64,000 nt of DNA from Candidatus Hermodarchaeota archaeon (GTDB lineage: Archaea > Asgardarchaeota > Hermodarchaeia > Hermodarchaeales > Hermodarchaeaceae): contig JAEOTB010000054.1 in NCBI GenBank assembly GCA_016840065.1, forward strand, positions 16,483 to 80,482. The letters run 5' to 3'. A model generated the notes under the pieces. That model saw nothing but the letters and a program-made list of their open reading frames with translations, did no database searches and was not told the DNA's origin. A program made the translations under genes and the position numbers. This document shows positions 1-10,045 of this stretch, piece by piece; the first letter of the stretch is position 1; each line of letters starts with the position of its first letter.

Positions 1-3000
1 AAGAGTGAAGGTAAAGGTGCCCGTGAAGACTTGGTCGCCGCCCACGGGGCAATTGGTGATGGTGATGTTCTGCAGGTTACTGGTGTCGAGGATAGCTCCC
101 GTGTCCAAGTCAGTCCAAACTAGGATAAGACTAGTGTTTTCACCCCAAGGCGTATGTTCGGGTGATTGAGCCACAACGGCAGTGTAGTGCAGCCGTATTG
201 TTACCGTGACGCTGGCGCTGCTGTTCTGGTAGAAGCCCAGGCTGACGTTGGCATAAACGGTAACCGTTAGCGTATAGGACCCAGTGGTCCAAGAGTCCGT
301 ATCGAGGGTGAAGCTGAGGCTAGTAAACGTCTGATCGCCACCCACCGGGCAATTCGAAATCACAACTGATGAAAGGTTACCACTGGCGACATCTACACTT
401 CCTAGGTCGAGGTCCACCCACTGCACAGTTATGGAGGTGTTGAAATCGAAGGGGGTTTGCTCAGGAGGAGATACAATGGTTTGAGTTTGGTGGCTTCTGA
501 TGGTGACCGTCACTGAACCACTGCCAGTGTCGTAGGAAGTGTTGCCGTAGACGTATACGGTTAGGGTATGTCCGTCAACGCCCCAACCCTCTGTATCCAA
601 AATTATGGTGAGACTGCCAGTGAAGGTTTGATCGCCGCCTACTGGACAGCCCGTGACGGTTATGTTGTCGAGAGCGGAGACGGAGATAGTGGTGCTGGTA
701 TCTACATCCTCCCAGTTCACGACCAGAGTTGTGTTTTCACCCCAAGCGGTTTGGGCGGGAGGATTGATGGTCACGGAAACATAGTGGGCACGGATGGTTA
801 TTGTCACCGTGTAGATGTCCGTCTCATATTGCTGTGGTGACATATCGGGGTAGACCGTGATTGTGATTTGATAGCTGCCTACGCTCCAGTCATCGGTTTT
901 TAGCGTGAAGCTTAGGCTACCGGTGAAGGTCTGGTTGCCGCCGACAGGACAGTTGGACACGGTAATGTTGTCGAGGTTGCTGACATTGATTGATGTGCCT
1001 GTGTCGAGGTCGTTCCATGTAACGGTAATGGAGGTGTTTAGGTCAAAGGCAGTAGGTGCCGGTGTGGAAGCGATGGCTTCTGCCTGATGGATGCGGATGA
1101 CCACCGTGACGCTTCCTGTGGCATCACTATAGTTGCGTGGACCAGTGGTCGCATAGATGGTCACACTGAGCGAGTAACCTGCGCTGATGGACCAAGAGTC
1201 CGTGTCCAAGGTCGGAGCGAAGGTGCCAGTGAAAGTTTGGTTACCACCCACCGGACATCCTGACACTGTTATATTACTCAGGTTACTGGTGTCAAGAATA
1301 GCTCCTGTATCGAGATCTGTCCAGATGATAGTGAGCGAGGTGTTTTCACTCCAAGGCGTGGGTTCGGGGGATTGAACCACTACGGTTGTGTAGTGGATTC
1401 TGATGATGACGGTTACGCTACTGCTGCTATTCTGATAGAAGCCAAGGGCAGCACTAGCGTTGATGGTGATTGTTAGTGTGTAAGATCCTACGGACCAGCT
1501 GTCAGTGTCGAGGGTGAAGCTTAAGCTACTGAAAGTTTGGTCGCCGCCCACTGGGCAATTAGACACAACCACGGCGGAGAGGTTGCCGCTAGGCACATCA
1601 CTGCTACCTAAATCGATGTCCACCCACTGCACAGTTATGGAGGTGTTGAAATCGAAGGGGGTCTGCTCAGGGGGTGAGGTTATTGTCTGGGTTTGGTGGG
1701 CGCGGATGGTTATGGTGACGGTGCCGTCTCCAGTGTCGTAGGAGGTGTTGCCGTATACGTAGACGGTGAGGCTGTAGGAGTTGACGCCCCAGTCCTCTGT
1801 ATCGAGGGTGAAGGTGAGGGAACCGGTGAATACCTGGTCTCCTCCTACGGGACAGTTGGTGACGGTGATGTTGATGAGGGCGGAGACACTGATGTCGCTA
1901 TCAGTGTCGATGTCTCGCCAATTGACGGTGAGGCTCGTGTTTGTGCCCCATGGATTTTGGGCTGGTGGGTCAACGGTAACTGTGACATAGTGGGCGCGGA
2001 TGGTTATGGTGAGGTTGTAGCTGTCGATGTCGTAGAGTTGGGGTGCCATGTCTGGGTAGGCGGTGACGGTGATGAGGTGGGCTCCGACATTCCAGTCGTC
2101 ACAGACCAAGGTGAAGATGAAGCTGCCTGTGAAGGTCTGGTTGCCGCCAACGGGAGTGTTGGAAACGGTGATATTGTCGAGGTTGCTGACATCGATGGTT
2201 GTTCCTAGGTCTAGGTCATTCCAGGTCACGGTCAGGGAGGTGTTGAGACCCCAGGCAATGGGTGCGGGGGTGTTGACTATGACTTCGACTCGGTGGAGCC
2301 GTACCACCACAGTGACTGACCCACTCGCGTCAGCATAGTTACCTGAAGCGGTATAGACGGTCACAGTGAGCGAGTAACCGGTGCTGATGGACCAGGAGTC
2401 CGTGTCCAAAGTGGGCGAGAAAGTACCAGTGAAGGTTTGGTCGCCACCGACCGGGCAATCAGAGACCGTGATATTATCAAGCTGGCTGGTGCTCAATATT
2501 TGGCCCGTATCGAGATCTGTCCAGATGACAGTAAGGGTGGTGTTCAACCCATAAGGTGTGGAGTTGGGTGGCTGAACTGTTACAGCGGTGTAGTGGATTC
2601 GTATGATGACGGTTAAGCTACTGCTACTGTTCAGGTAGTAGCCGAAGGCTCCGTTTGCATAAACGGAAACAGTTAGGACATAGGTTCCAACCGTCCAAGA
2701 GTCGGTATCTAGAGTGAAGCTAAGGGAATAGAAGGTTTGGTCGCCACCGACCGGACAATTGGATACGACGATGGAGGAGAGGTTACCGCTGGGCACATCA
2801 CTGCTACCCAAGTCTAGATCCACCCAATCAACTGAGATTGAGGTGTTGAAGTCGAATGGAGTCTGTTCAGGGGGTGATACTACAGTTTGGGTTTGGTGTT
2901 CTCTTATGGTTATGATGACAGGTCCGTTGGTCGCGTAGTAACTGGAGTTGCCGTAGACATAGATTGTGAGACTAAAACTCCCTACGCTCCAGGCTTCAGT

Positions 3001-4130
3001 GTCAAGGATGAAGGTGAAACTGCCAGTGAAGGTTTGGTCACCGCCCACCGGGCATCCAGTGACGGTGATATTATCGAGGGCGGTGAGGTCGATGGCAGTG
3101 GAGGTGTCAGAGTCCTGCCAGTTGATGGTCACAGAGGTGTTGGTACCCCATGGGCTTTGAGCGGGTGGGTCGGCTGTGACGCTGGCGTAGTGGGCGCGGA
3201 TAGTGACGGTTACTTGATAGCTACCGATTTGGTAGTTGTTTGTGTTGGAGTAGACGGTTGCGTTGACGAGGTGGTCGCCCACACTCCAGGTATCTGTTTT
3301 GAGGGTGAAGGGGCCAATGGTGGAGGAGCTTTGGTCGCCGCCCACCGGGCAGTTGCTGATGGTTACATTGTCTAGTTCGGTGTCTGTGAGAGTGGTTCCG
3401 TTGTCCAGATCTGTCCAGGTGACGGTGAGGCTTGCGTTGAGTCCCCAGGCTGTTGGGTTGGGTGTTTGGATTGAGACGCTTACTCGGTGGGCTCGGATGG
3501 TGACTTGGACGGTGGCGTTGTCGTCTTCGTAGAGGCGGGGTGAGGTGAGGGCATATACCTGGACTGTGAGGGTTTCGGTGGCCAAGTTCCAGGTGCTTGT
3601 GTCGAGCCAGAAGGTAAGGCTGTTGGCTGTTGTTACCAAGCTGCCGTTAGCGAATAGTACGGTGACGTTCAGGAGGTCCGAGTCAGTGAGGAGGGATCCA
3701 TCTTCGAGGTCCGTCCATTGGACGACTAGCTGGGTTTGCCATCCCCAGGGCGTTTCATCTGGGGGTTCGACAAAGACGGCTGTCTGGTGGGTGCGGATCG
3801 TTATTCTTAGGTTGCCCTGGCTGTAAACATAGAGGCTAGTGTTGGAGTAGACATAGGCGGTCAGGTTGTAGGTGTTCGTCGTCCAGTCATCAGTGTCGAG
3901 GATGAAGGTGAGGCTGGTGTGGTTGGAGATTGCGGTACCATTCTGGAAGCGGACATCCACACGATCTAGGACACTAGCTGTGAGGTCAGTATTTGTGTCA
4001 AGATCTGTCCAGGTGACGGTAACGGTGACGTTGTTGCCGATGCCTACGGGGTCGGGCTGGTCTACTATTGTTTGTGTGAGGTGCGCCCTTATGTCGAAGG
4101 TAAGGCTCCGGCTGGCACTGGTGTAGTCAG
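1..4130 (-). repeat. Coding tandem repeat, ~300-bp unit with ~1,200-bp (4-unit) higher-order period
   Basis: (C)PVGGDQTF-encoding motif recurs at about 40, 340, 640, 940, 1245, 1545, 1845, 2145, 2445, 2745, 3045 and 3340. Near-identical DNA at 421 vs 1627 and 1171 vs 2371. Confidence 0.9.
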
Positions 4131-7100
4131 TACTAGTGGGTGTGACCGTTATGTCTAGCTCATAGAGGGCGACCTCGGTGAGTACTGAGGCGTTAATCGT
4201 GATAAGGTATTCTCCGCCCCCTAGGGAGGTCCAGGTGAAGTTGATGTTTAGGACCAGTGGCGTCCCATTTAGTTCACAGGTTATGGTTGTGACTGCTGGG
4301 AAGGTTCCGTGTTCGCTACTGGCGGAGTCATCAACAAAGTAGTTGATGGTGACGCTCATGTCGGTGCCCCAGGGTTCGGGGTTGGGGGCGTCGTAGAAGA
4401 CTACGGTGTTAATCTGCCGGAGCGTTAAGATCACATCTACTGTGCGGTTAGCGTAGAAGGGGTTGTTTGCTCCAGCGGCATCATACCAGGTGAAGTTAAC
4501 AGTAAAGGTGTATTGACCTGCTCCTGGGAGGGTGGAGGTGTCGATGGTGATGTTCCATATTCCAGCGGCAAATTCAGTTATGGTCGCGTCGGTCCAGAGG
4601 GCTCCTGAATACCAGAGGGTGAGGTTGACGTTGGGGGAGCTGGGGAGATTTGCTCCACCTTCATCCAGGTCGGTTATGGTGACTGTGAGGTTAGCTTGCT
4701 CGTTGAGTGGGAGGGTGGAGGGAGTGGTTGAGGAGAGTTGGGTGTTTCTGGCCCGTACGCTGACATAAGCAGTCACGGTCCTGTTGGCAAAGAAGGGGTC
4801 ATTGGCTGAGCCGTTGAGGTACCAGTAGAAGCGGATTTCAAAGGTGTGGGTGCCAAGCCCCTCAAGATAGCTGGTGTTTAAACTGATTTCGTACACTCCT
4901 ATTGAGCCGCTATAGGTGATGGTAGCATACCCGAGGGTATCCCATCGGTGGGTGCTGTTCCAGACTTGGAGGTGGATGTGCCCGGTACTGTTACTTACGG
5001 GGTTGCTGCTGTTATCAAGGTCTGTAAGGGTGATGTCGAATACCGAGTCATTCCCGAAGGGAACGGTGAGGATGGCCCCGGTAGAGAGTTGAGTGTTTCG
5101 TGCTTGTACCAAGATGGTTAGGGTGAGGGTTTGGGTCTGGTAGCTTGTTCTTTGGGCTGTGACGGTCATGTAGTAGGTTCCAGGTTCGCTGACTTCGCCC
5201 GAGTCTATAGTGAAGTTGTACCATCCGCTGCCCTGCGCGGTGGGATTGACGGCGTTGGTCCAGTTTGAGGTGACTGTGGCGCTTTCGATTCCCGTCTCAT
5301 CCACTTCTCGTCTATAGGCGAAGTTGACATTGGTTGTCTCCCCATAGGGAATCGAGAATCCTGGAGTGGAGGGAGATGTCAGGGTTGTCTCCTCGACCAC
5401 ACTGACGGTTATCAGGCAGTAGGCATCAGCATGGTACTGTTTTGTGGCGTTCACTCGGAGAGTATAGTTTCCTGCATTCTGGGCAGTAGAGTCGAGTTCT
5501 ACGACATAGAAACCGCCGACTAGCTCGAAGGTGTCAGAGCCCGTCCAATTACCCACAACGGTTGCACCCTCAAGGAAGGTGTCCGTGGGAGAGGTATCAT
5601 TACTATAGAAACGGACTCGCGGGTAGAAATAGCTGCCCGTCTGACGAATCACCTCAATCGTACTATATTGGGGAATAAGGGTGGTTGTCCCGTGGGTAAC
5701 TGTTATAATGGTGGAGTTAAAGCCAGCCGCAGTCATGGATTGTGTGTCGCCATTATCATAGCTTACGCAGAGAGTGTATTCGCCTGCAGCGAATTCGGTT
5801 CCATTGTCAAAACTTACCGCGGAGAAGGAGGCGGCGCCTGCGACGACTGATTGTGTGTCCTCAGCGACAATGGTACCTGAGGGATCATAAAGAGTGAGGT
5901 TTGCTTCACCAGTGGTCTTGCCGAAGGTTGCGCTAACAGAAAGGCTGTTCGGCGTATTAGGTGCAATTTGGAAGGTATCAAAATTAAGGGTGACCGTATC
6001 GACTCGATTTGGTGAGGTTAGGGTAAAGTTCCACCAGCCGTAGGCATCGTTGATGGTGGAGTGGGTCATGCGGATGTGAGTACTGTTGCTGTCAGTGGTT
6101 ACAGGGCTTGTACGGTTATTGAAGAGCGCGTCGATGACCGTATCTATTGTCCATGTCTCAGTGGTGGGCAGAGCGATAGTGAGGTTATAATCGTCAAAGT
6201 AGAAAGGTTGGTACGCATAGTACCATGTGTTCCAGTATACACTGGTTTCGTTCTGAGCCGAGAAGGTTGTACCCTCTGGCCCTGTCTGCTGCTCGGTGGT
6301 GGAATCCTTTGTTATGTAAAGAGTGAGATTGTAATCAAAGTAGACGCCGCTGCTGTTGCTGGAGTAGGTCTCCCAGAGGGCTTGCACCGTTGAATGGCTA
6401 GCACCCGGGTTTGCCCAGGTTCCGGTGAGGGTGATGGTGCCGGTTCCATAACCGGTGCTGGTCACAGCGGTGCTGTTCAGGCGGAGGTCAACCCAGGCAT
6501 GGTCTGGTTGTGCCTTTCCTGTTATCTCCAGTGTGACATCATCGAAGTCTAGAGCCCATTCCTCAGCTGCCGGGGCGTCGACGTCCGCGGTGAAGCTGAG
6601 TCCCAGCCGGACTGTGAGAAGTGGCAGGCTCCATGTGAGAATGTCATCATAAGGAATACTCACATTGACCTGATACCATTGCCCATCGTTCGGAGCTGTT
6701 GATGCTAGGAGTCTTGGGTAAACTATCCCTTCAACTTCGACATAGATGACTAGGTTACCTCGGCAGTCTGGTTGACCCACAGAGATTTGGTTTACTTGGA
6801 CATAGAATGTCAGCTTTGCATATGATACGTCGGTTCGGGGAATGCTTATGTTGTTGAACCAGGCAGCATAGGAGTCGTCATTCATGTCATAGTTATTGCT
6901 CCAGGCGGCTTGAACGCGAACACCATTTGTACTAGACCGACCATAGGAAGTTCCATACGAACCAGAATGGGAGTTAGGGCTTGCGACCCAGTAGCTGGTG
7001 TAGTTCCATTCGGTGGGGTCTGATCCGCTGCTGGCTTCAAAGTCGCCGTTCTCGCGGGTTCCATTTATCCAGTAGAGTTTGTCGTGGAGGTTATCGACAT

Positions 7101-7461
7101 TGCCTATTAGCTCGTAGCCAGTCCATCCCGCGGGTAGGCGTATCTCTCCGTATCGGTCGTCGCCATAGTCCATTGGATTTGATTCGGGAACCTCCAGCGA
7201 TTGGTTTGTTCCCACAGCATACTCGGTCGTGTTCAGTACGGTTCCAAGCCCGTCGTACTGGTATTCTCCATCAACCAAGGTGGGTCCAGCAGGTGGTAAG
7301 GGGGTAGATATACCCAAGAGGGAGGAAGGCACCTCAGAGCTAGACCCAGCAGAATCTGGTATCCCCGCCATGTTGATTAATGGAAATGCGGGTGCTATGA
7401 GGGAGGAGGACAGAATGAAGAGTGAAAAGAGAAGAAGTAACGCTTGTTTCCTGAATCTCAT
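1..7461 (-). CDS. Giant secreted/surface tandem-repeat protein (>2,487 aa; Ig-like beta-rich ~100-aa repeats), C-terminus outside window
   Basis: ATG at 7461 gives MRFRKQALLLLFSLFILSSSLIAPAFP (signal peptide). The same frame is coding where spot-checked (6841-7030, 1-180: ...TPWGENTSLILVWTDLDTGAILDTSNLQNITITNCPVGGDQVFTGTFTFTL). It is absent from the ORF track, as expected for an ORF whose stop lies beyond the window edge. Thr/Val/Ser/Asn-rich with many NxS/T sequons. Confidence 0.9.
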   Translation of the reverse strand, partial: MRFRKQALLLLFSLFILSSSLIAPAFPLINMAGIPDSAGSSSEVPSSLLGISTPLPPAGPTLVDGEYQYDGLGTVLNTTEYAVGTNQSLEVPESNPMDYGDDRYGEIRLPAGWTGYELIGNVDNLHDKLYWINGTRENGDFEASSGSDPTEWNYTSYWVASPNSHSGSYGTSYGRSSTNGVRVQAAWSNNYDMNDDSYAAWFNNISIPRTDVSYAKLTFYVQVNQISVGQPDCRGNLVIYVEVEGIVYPRLLASTAPNDGQWYQVNVSIPYDDILTWSLPLLTVRLGLSFTADVDAPAAEEWALDFDDVTLEITGKAQPDHAWVDLRLNSTAVTSTGYGTGTITLTGTWANPGASHSTVQALWETYSSNSSGVYFDYNLTLYITKDSTTEQQTGPEGTTFSAQNETSVYWNTWYYAYQPFYFDDYNLTIALPTTETWTIDTVIDALFNNRTSPVTTDSNSTHIRMTHSTINDAYGWWNFTLTSPNRVDTVTLNFDTFQIAPNTPNSLSVSATFGKTTGEANLTLYDPSGTIVAEDTQSVVAGAASFSAVSFDNGTEFAAGEYTLCVSYDNGDTQSMTAAGFNSTIITVTHGTTTLIPQYSTIEVIRQTGSYFYPRVRFYSNDTSPTDTFLEGATVVGNWTGSDTFELVGGFYVVELDSTAQNAGNYTLRVNATKQYHADAYCLITVSVVEETTLTSPSTPGFSIPYGETTNVNFAYRREVDETGIESATVTSNWTNAVNPTAQGSGWYNFTIDSGEVSEPGTYYMTVTAQRTSYQTQTLTLTILVQARNTQLSTGAILTVPFGNDSVFDITLTDLDNSSNPVSNSTGHIHLQVWNSTHRWDTLGYATITYSGSIGVYEISLNTSYLEGLGTHTFEIRFYWYLNGSANDPFFANRTVTAYVSVRARNTQLSSTTPSTLPLNEQANLTVTITDLDEGGANLPSSPNVNLTLWYSGALWTDATITEFAAGIWNITIDTSTLPGAGQYTFTVNFTWYDAAGANNPFYANRTVDVILTLRQINTVVFYDAPNPEPWGTDMSVTINYFVDDSASSEHGTFPAVTTITCELNGTPLVLNINFTWTSLGGGEYLITINASVLTEVALYELDITVTPTSTDYTSASRSLTFDIRAHLTQTIVDQPDPVGIGNNVTVTVTWTDLDTNTDLTASVLDRVDVRFQNGTAISNHTSLTFILDTDDWTTNTYNLTAYVYSNTSLYVYSQGNLRITIRTHQTAVFVEPPDETPWGWQTQLVVQWTDLEDGSLLTDSDLLNVTVLFANGSLVTTANSLTFWLDTSTWNLATETLTVQVYALTSPRLYEDDNATVQVTIRAHRVSVSIQTPNPTAWGLNASLTVTWTDLDNGTTLTDTELDNVTISNCPVGGDQSSSTIGPFTLKTDTWSVGDHLVNATVYSNTNNYQIGSYQVTVTIRAHYASVTADPPAQSPWGTNTSVTINWQDSDTSTAIDLTALDNITVTGCPVGGDQTFTGSFTFILDTEAWSVGSFSLTIYVYGNSSYYATNGPVIITIREHQTQTVVSPPEQTPFDFNTSISVDWVDLDLGSSDVPSGNLSSIVVSNCPVGGDQTFYSLSFTLDTDSWTVGTYVLTVSVYANGAFGYYLNSSSSLTVIIRIHYTAVTVQPPNSTPYGLNTTLTVIWTDLDTGQILSTSQLDNITVSDCPVGGDQTFTGTFSPTLDTDSWSISTGYSLTVTVYTASGNYADASGSVTVVVRLHRVEVIVNTPAPIAWGLNTSLTVTWNDLDLGTTIDVSNLDNITVSNTPVGGNQTFTGSFIFTLVCDDWNVGAHLITVTAYPDMAPQLYDIDSYNLTITIRAHYVTVTVDPPAQNPWGTNTSLTVNWRDIDTDSDISVSALINITVTNCPVGGDQVFTGSLTFTLDTEDWGVNSYSLTVYVYGNTSYDTGDGTVTITIRAHQTQTITSPPEQTPFDFNTSITVQWVDIDLGSSDVPSGNLSAVVVSNCPVGGDQTFSSLSFTLDTDSWSVGSYTLTITINASAALGFYQNSSSSVTVIIRIHYTTVVVQSPEPTPWSENTSLTIIWTDLDTGAILDTSNLSNITVSGCPVGGNQTFTGTFAPTLDTDSWSISAGYSLSVTIYATTGPRNYSDATGSVTVVIRIHQAEAIASTPAPTAFDLNTSITVTWNDLDTGTSINVSNLDNITVSNCPVGGNQTFTGSLSFTLKTDDWSVGSYQITITVYPDMSPQQYETDIYTVTITIRAHYVSVTINPPAQTAWGENTTLVVNWEDVDTSTTISVSALDNITVTGCPVGGDQTFTGSLTIILDTEGWGVDGHTLTVYVYGNTSYDTGSGSVTVTIRSHQTQTIVSPPEQTPFDFNTSITVQWVDLDLGSVDVASGNLSSVVISNCPVGGDQTFTSLSFTLDTDSWTTGSYTLTVTVYANVSLGFYQNSSASVTVTIRLHYTAVVAQSPEHTPWGENTSLILVWTDLDTGAILDTSNLQNITITNCPVGGDQVFTGTFTFTL

Positions 7462-7843
7462 ATTATCTAACCCCTGATGCTTTAGGCGATGAATAAGGGT
7501 TGTAAAGCCTTGTGCTGATCGTTAGAAGGACACCTAGGTGTGTTGGGTTCTGATATTTTAGAGCCACTTAAGAACTCCAATAAACGGTCTGGCAGCATAC
7601 ACACTTCAAAACCTCATGAATCCACCGCAATGCATTATAAAGGAGCCAGCAATGCTGTATAAATAGATTTTCAGTTTAATTTTAATTTATATTGTAATCT
7701 GCCCTGTTTTTGTGATTTCGTGAATTAAATCCCTGTTTTTCGAGAAAAATAGCTCTCATTCTTCTGTCAGAAGGTTTTCCATTAGTTGTCGCTGAATGAG
7801 GAGTTTAGTTTCCTGGGGTACTGCTATGCTTCTTAAAGCGTAT

Positions 7844-9943
7844 CTATTCATCATTTGGTGTAACACGGAAGGCTTCGATGCATGAGAGTTTGGTCTGGGT
7901 GTGTAGGCGCTCTGGTATGAGCTGGGCTTGCCATAGTTTGTGAAGCCCCTGGTATATGATGACCTCAACTTCAGGATCTTTTAGCAGATTGTTTCGTTGG
8001 GCTTGACGTTCTAGGGTTTCTGCAAATTCTGGGTTCTCCTCCCAGGAGGTTTCTATTTTCTCTTTAAGGAATGTGAGGAAGTCAGGGTCGAGTTCGGTGA
8101 CTGGTGCTGTCCGCTGTTCTAGGTTACGGGGAACCCGTCGATCGAGATCCATTAAGAGAAGGGGAGGGATGGCGAAAAGGTGGGTTGTCTCGTTATCTCG
8201 CTGAAATCCTAGTAGGAAGAAGGGTATCTGTAGCTCAAGAACGGTATCGGTGGGCAGTAGTGCCTCTGGTTCCATGAGATATTCTTCAAATAACTCCTTT
8301 CTTCCCTGACAATGTTTAATCTGGTCCTGAATTGATTCTTGAATTTTGGTGGAGAGATTCTCCAATGTTTGTTGGCGTTCTTGGATTTCTTGGAGCTTCT
8401 GATCTCGTTCCTGGTCTAGGGCAACAAGTCGGGCTTTCTCTTGTCGAACCAGTTCTGCATAGTGGTTGCGGAGTCCAGATATTCTCTCTTCAGCGTTACG
8501 GTTCAATTCTTCAAGATCCTTCTCAATTTGCTGAATGAGCTTACGCCGATCCTTTATCTTATCCCGCAACTCACTGCTGAAGGATTTATCAAAAACATCG
8601 AGCACAGACCTCATATCATCCATGAATCGAGGAACATTGGGGTCAACCTCTGAATCTACTTTGATGAGTTGGGCAAGGGCTTCTCTTTGCTGTACAAAAT
8701 CCTCATCAACTGGCTCCAAGCTAAATCTTAGCCTTTCGACGAGTTTGGACTCTTCACCCTGCCACCACTCCTTCGCTTCGTCTATTGCTGAGTTTTCCTG
8801 TCGGGATAGCTCTTCTAGGTTCCGATTGATTTCCTGTACCAGATTCTCACGCCGTGTTTCATAGTAGGATTGCATTTCATCAAACTCTCTCTCAGCTCGC
8901 TTAGTCCAGTTTCGAACTTCTTCTTGGAAATGAATCCTGAACTTGTCCCACTGTCCTGCTGCAGAGACATGGCTCTGGATGGCTTCATCATAGAACCTTT
9001 CAGTTGCGTGGATACTCTGGGACTGAACTACCTTTGGGGGGAGAGGTGAAGCATATTCTACCTTTGAGCTTGCTAGGCTGCTCAGCTTCCTGATTAGCTT
9101 GGCAAATTTAGGAGTAACAAGATAGGTTTCGAAGGGGCTGGTTCGAGGGCTCGCGATGATGTCTTCTTGAAGTTTCTCAAGCCCTGCAAGGAACTCGAGG
9201 TTAGTTTCGACTTTGAGGAGGGCTTCGTATCTGCTGGTGGAGGGCATATTACCCCGTTCTACTGCATGCTGATTTAGGGCTAACCCATCGATAATCGCAA
9301 TGTTTCCATTTTGTTGACGCACAATCCATAGGGGCCAAAGAACCTTAGAGAAGAATTGATAGCATCCTTTTTTGAGTGGCTTGAGCTGTCTTGTATTCTG
9401 GCGGATGTCCTCAGCCAGGAGGTAAACAGCTGCTAGTTCTTGGTGGGTGTCTAGCACCAGAGAACTATCCATTTCGAGAGAGTGAATTGATGGCTCATCT
9501 AAGCTTTTTCCGTCTAGGGAAAAGGGAAGCGAGAATTGTGCATCCCCTTCTGTACGCCGACTCTCCGCAACAATTACTTCGATATCCTCTGTAAAGTCCC
9601 CAAAGGGGGCTGGATTACCGTCCCAATCAGTAAGCATAGTTTGATATTTCTCAACAAAGCGTCGCTTGATCTCGGTGAGGACCTTTTGTCCATCTTGTGG
9701 ATTATGGGCTTTATCGGTGGCGACGGCGAAGAGGATGTCATTTGACTTGTGAAGTAGGAAGTAGAAACTCACTTCGCCTAGATTGATGGTTTCGATGCCG
9801 CCATGGCCCAGTTCTTCGGCAAAGGCGTTTAAGGCGCTGTAGAACCCGCTAAATACCGCTTCGTCTACTCCTCGTCTGCTAAACGTCTTGTGGACCATTA
9901 CTTCACCGGTTGCTCGCTTGAGCACATAGACATCACGTATCAT
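7844..9943 (-). CDS. N-terminal longin-like domain fused to a long coiled-coil protein
   Basis: MIRDVYVLKRATGEVMVHKTF...FSGFYSALNAFAEEL...ILFAVATD...LTEIKRRFVEKY...WDGN..F..F matches the Asgard longin pattern. Heptad-rich E/Q/R region ~aa 330-560. ATG 9943 preferred over TTG 9970. Confidence 0.75.
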   Translation of the reverse strand: MIRDVYVLKRATGEVMVHKTFSRRGVDEAVFSGFYSALNAFAEELGHGGIETINLGEVSFYFLLHKSNDILFAVATDKAHNPQDGQKVLTEIKRRFVEKYQTMLTDWDGNPAPFGDFTEDIEVIVAESRRTEGDAQFSLPFSLDGKSLDEPSIHSLEMDSSLVLDTHQELAAVYLLAEDIRQNTRQLKPLKKGCYQFFSKVLWPLWIVRQQNGNIAIIDGLALNQHAVERGNMPSTSRYEALLKVETNLEFLAGLEKLQEDIIASPRTSPFETYLVTPKFAKLIRKLSSLASSKVEYASPLPPKVVQSQSIHATERFYDEAIQSHVSAAGQWDKFRIHFQEEVRNWTKRAEREFDEMQSYYETRRENLVQEINRNLEELSRQENSAIDEAKEWWQGEESKLVERLRFSLEPVDEDFVQQREALAQLIKVDSEVDPNVPRFMDDMRSVLDVFDKSFSSELRDKIKDRRKLIQQIEKDLEELNRNAEERISGLRNHYAELVRQEKARLVALDQERDQKLQEIQERQQTLENLSTKIQESIQDQIKHCQGRKELFEEYLMEPEALLPTDTVLELQIPFFLLGFQRDNETTHLFAIPPLLLMDLDRRVPRNLEQRTAPVTELDPDFLTFLKEKIETSWEENPEFAETLERQAQRNNLLKDPEVEVIIYQGLHKLWQAQLIPERLHTQTKLSCIEAFRVTPNDE

Positions 9944-10045
9944 TTCGACCAACATCCGATAATGTTTCAAAGATTATTAAGCCTAGCGCCAGTACAATAA
10001 CAGGTATCACCTTTTTGAAGATAACTATAGGAGATTGTATAGGCA

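Noticed and set aside
1-4130. Possible CRISPR or DGR-like repeat array
   Set aside because: Units are ~300 bp, in frame and diverge mainly at synonymous positions; no spacers, cas genes or reverse transcriptase
568-7477. Numerous + strand ORFs with repeating VKVWSPPTG or Val/Gly/Asp-rich sequence
   Set aside because: Antisense shadows of the giant minus-strand repeat gene
7702-7740. Direct repeat CCCTGTTTTT x2 upstream of the giant gene
   Set aside because: Too short and low-complexity to call a regulatory site
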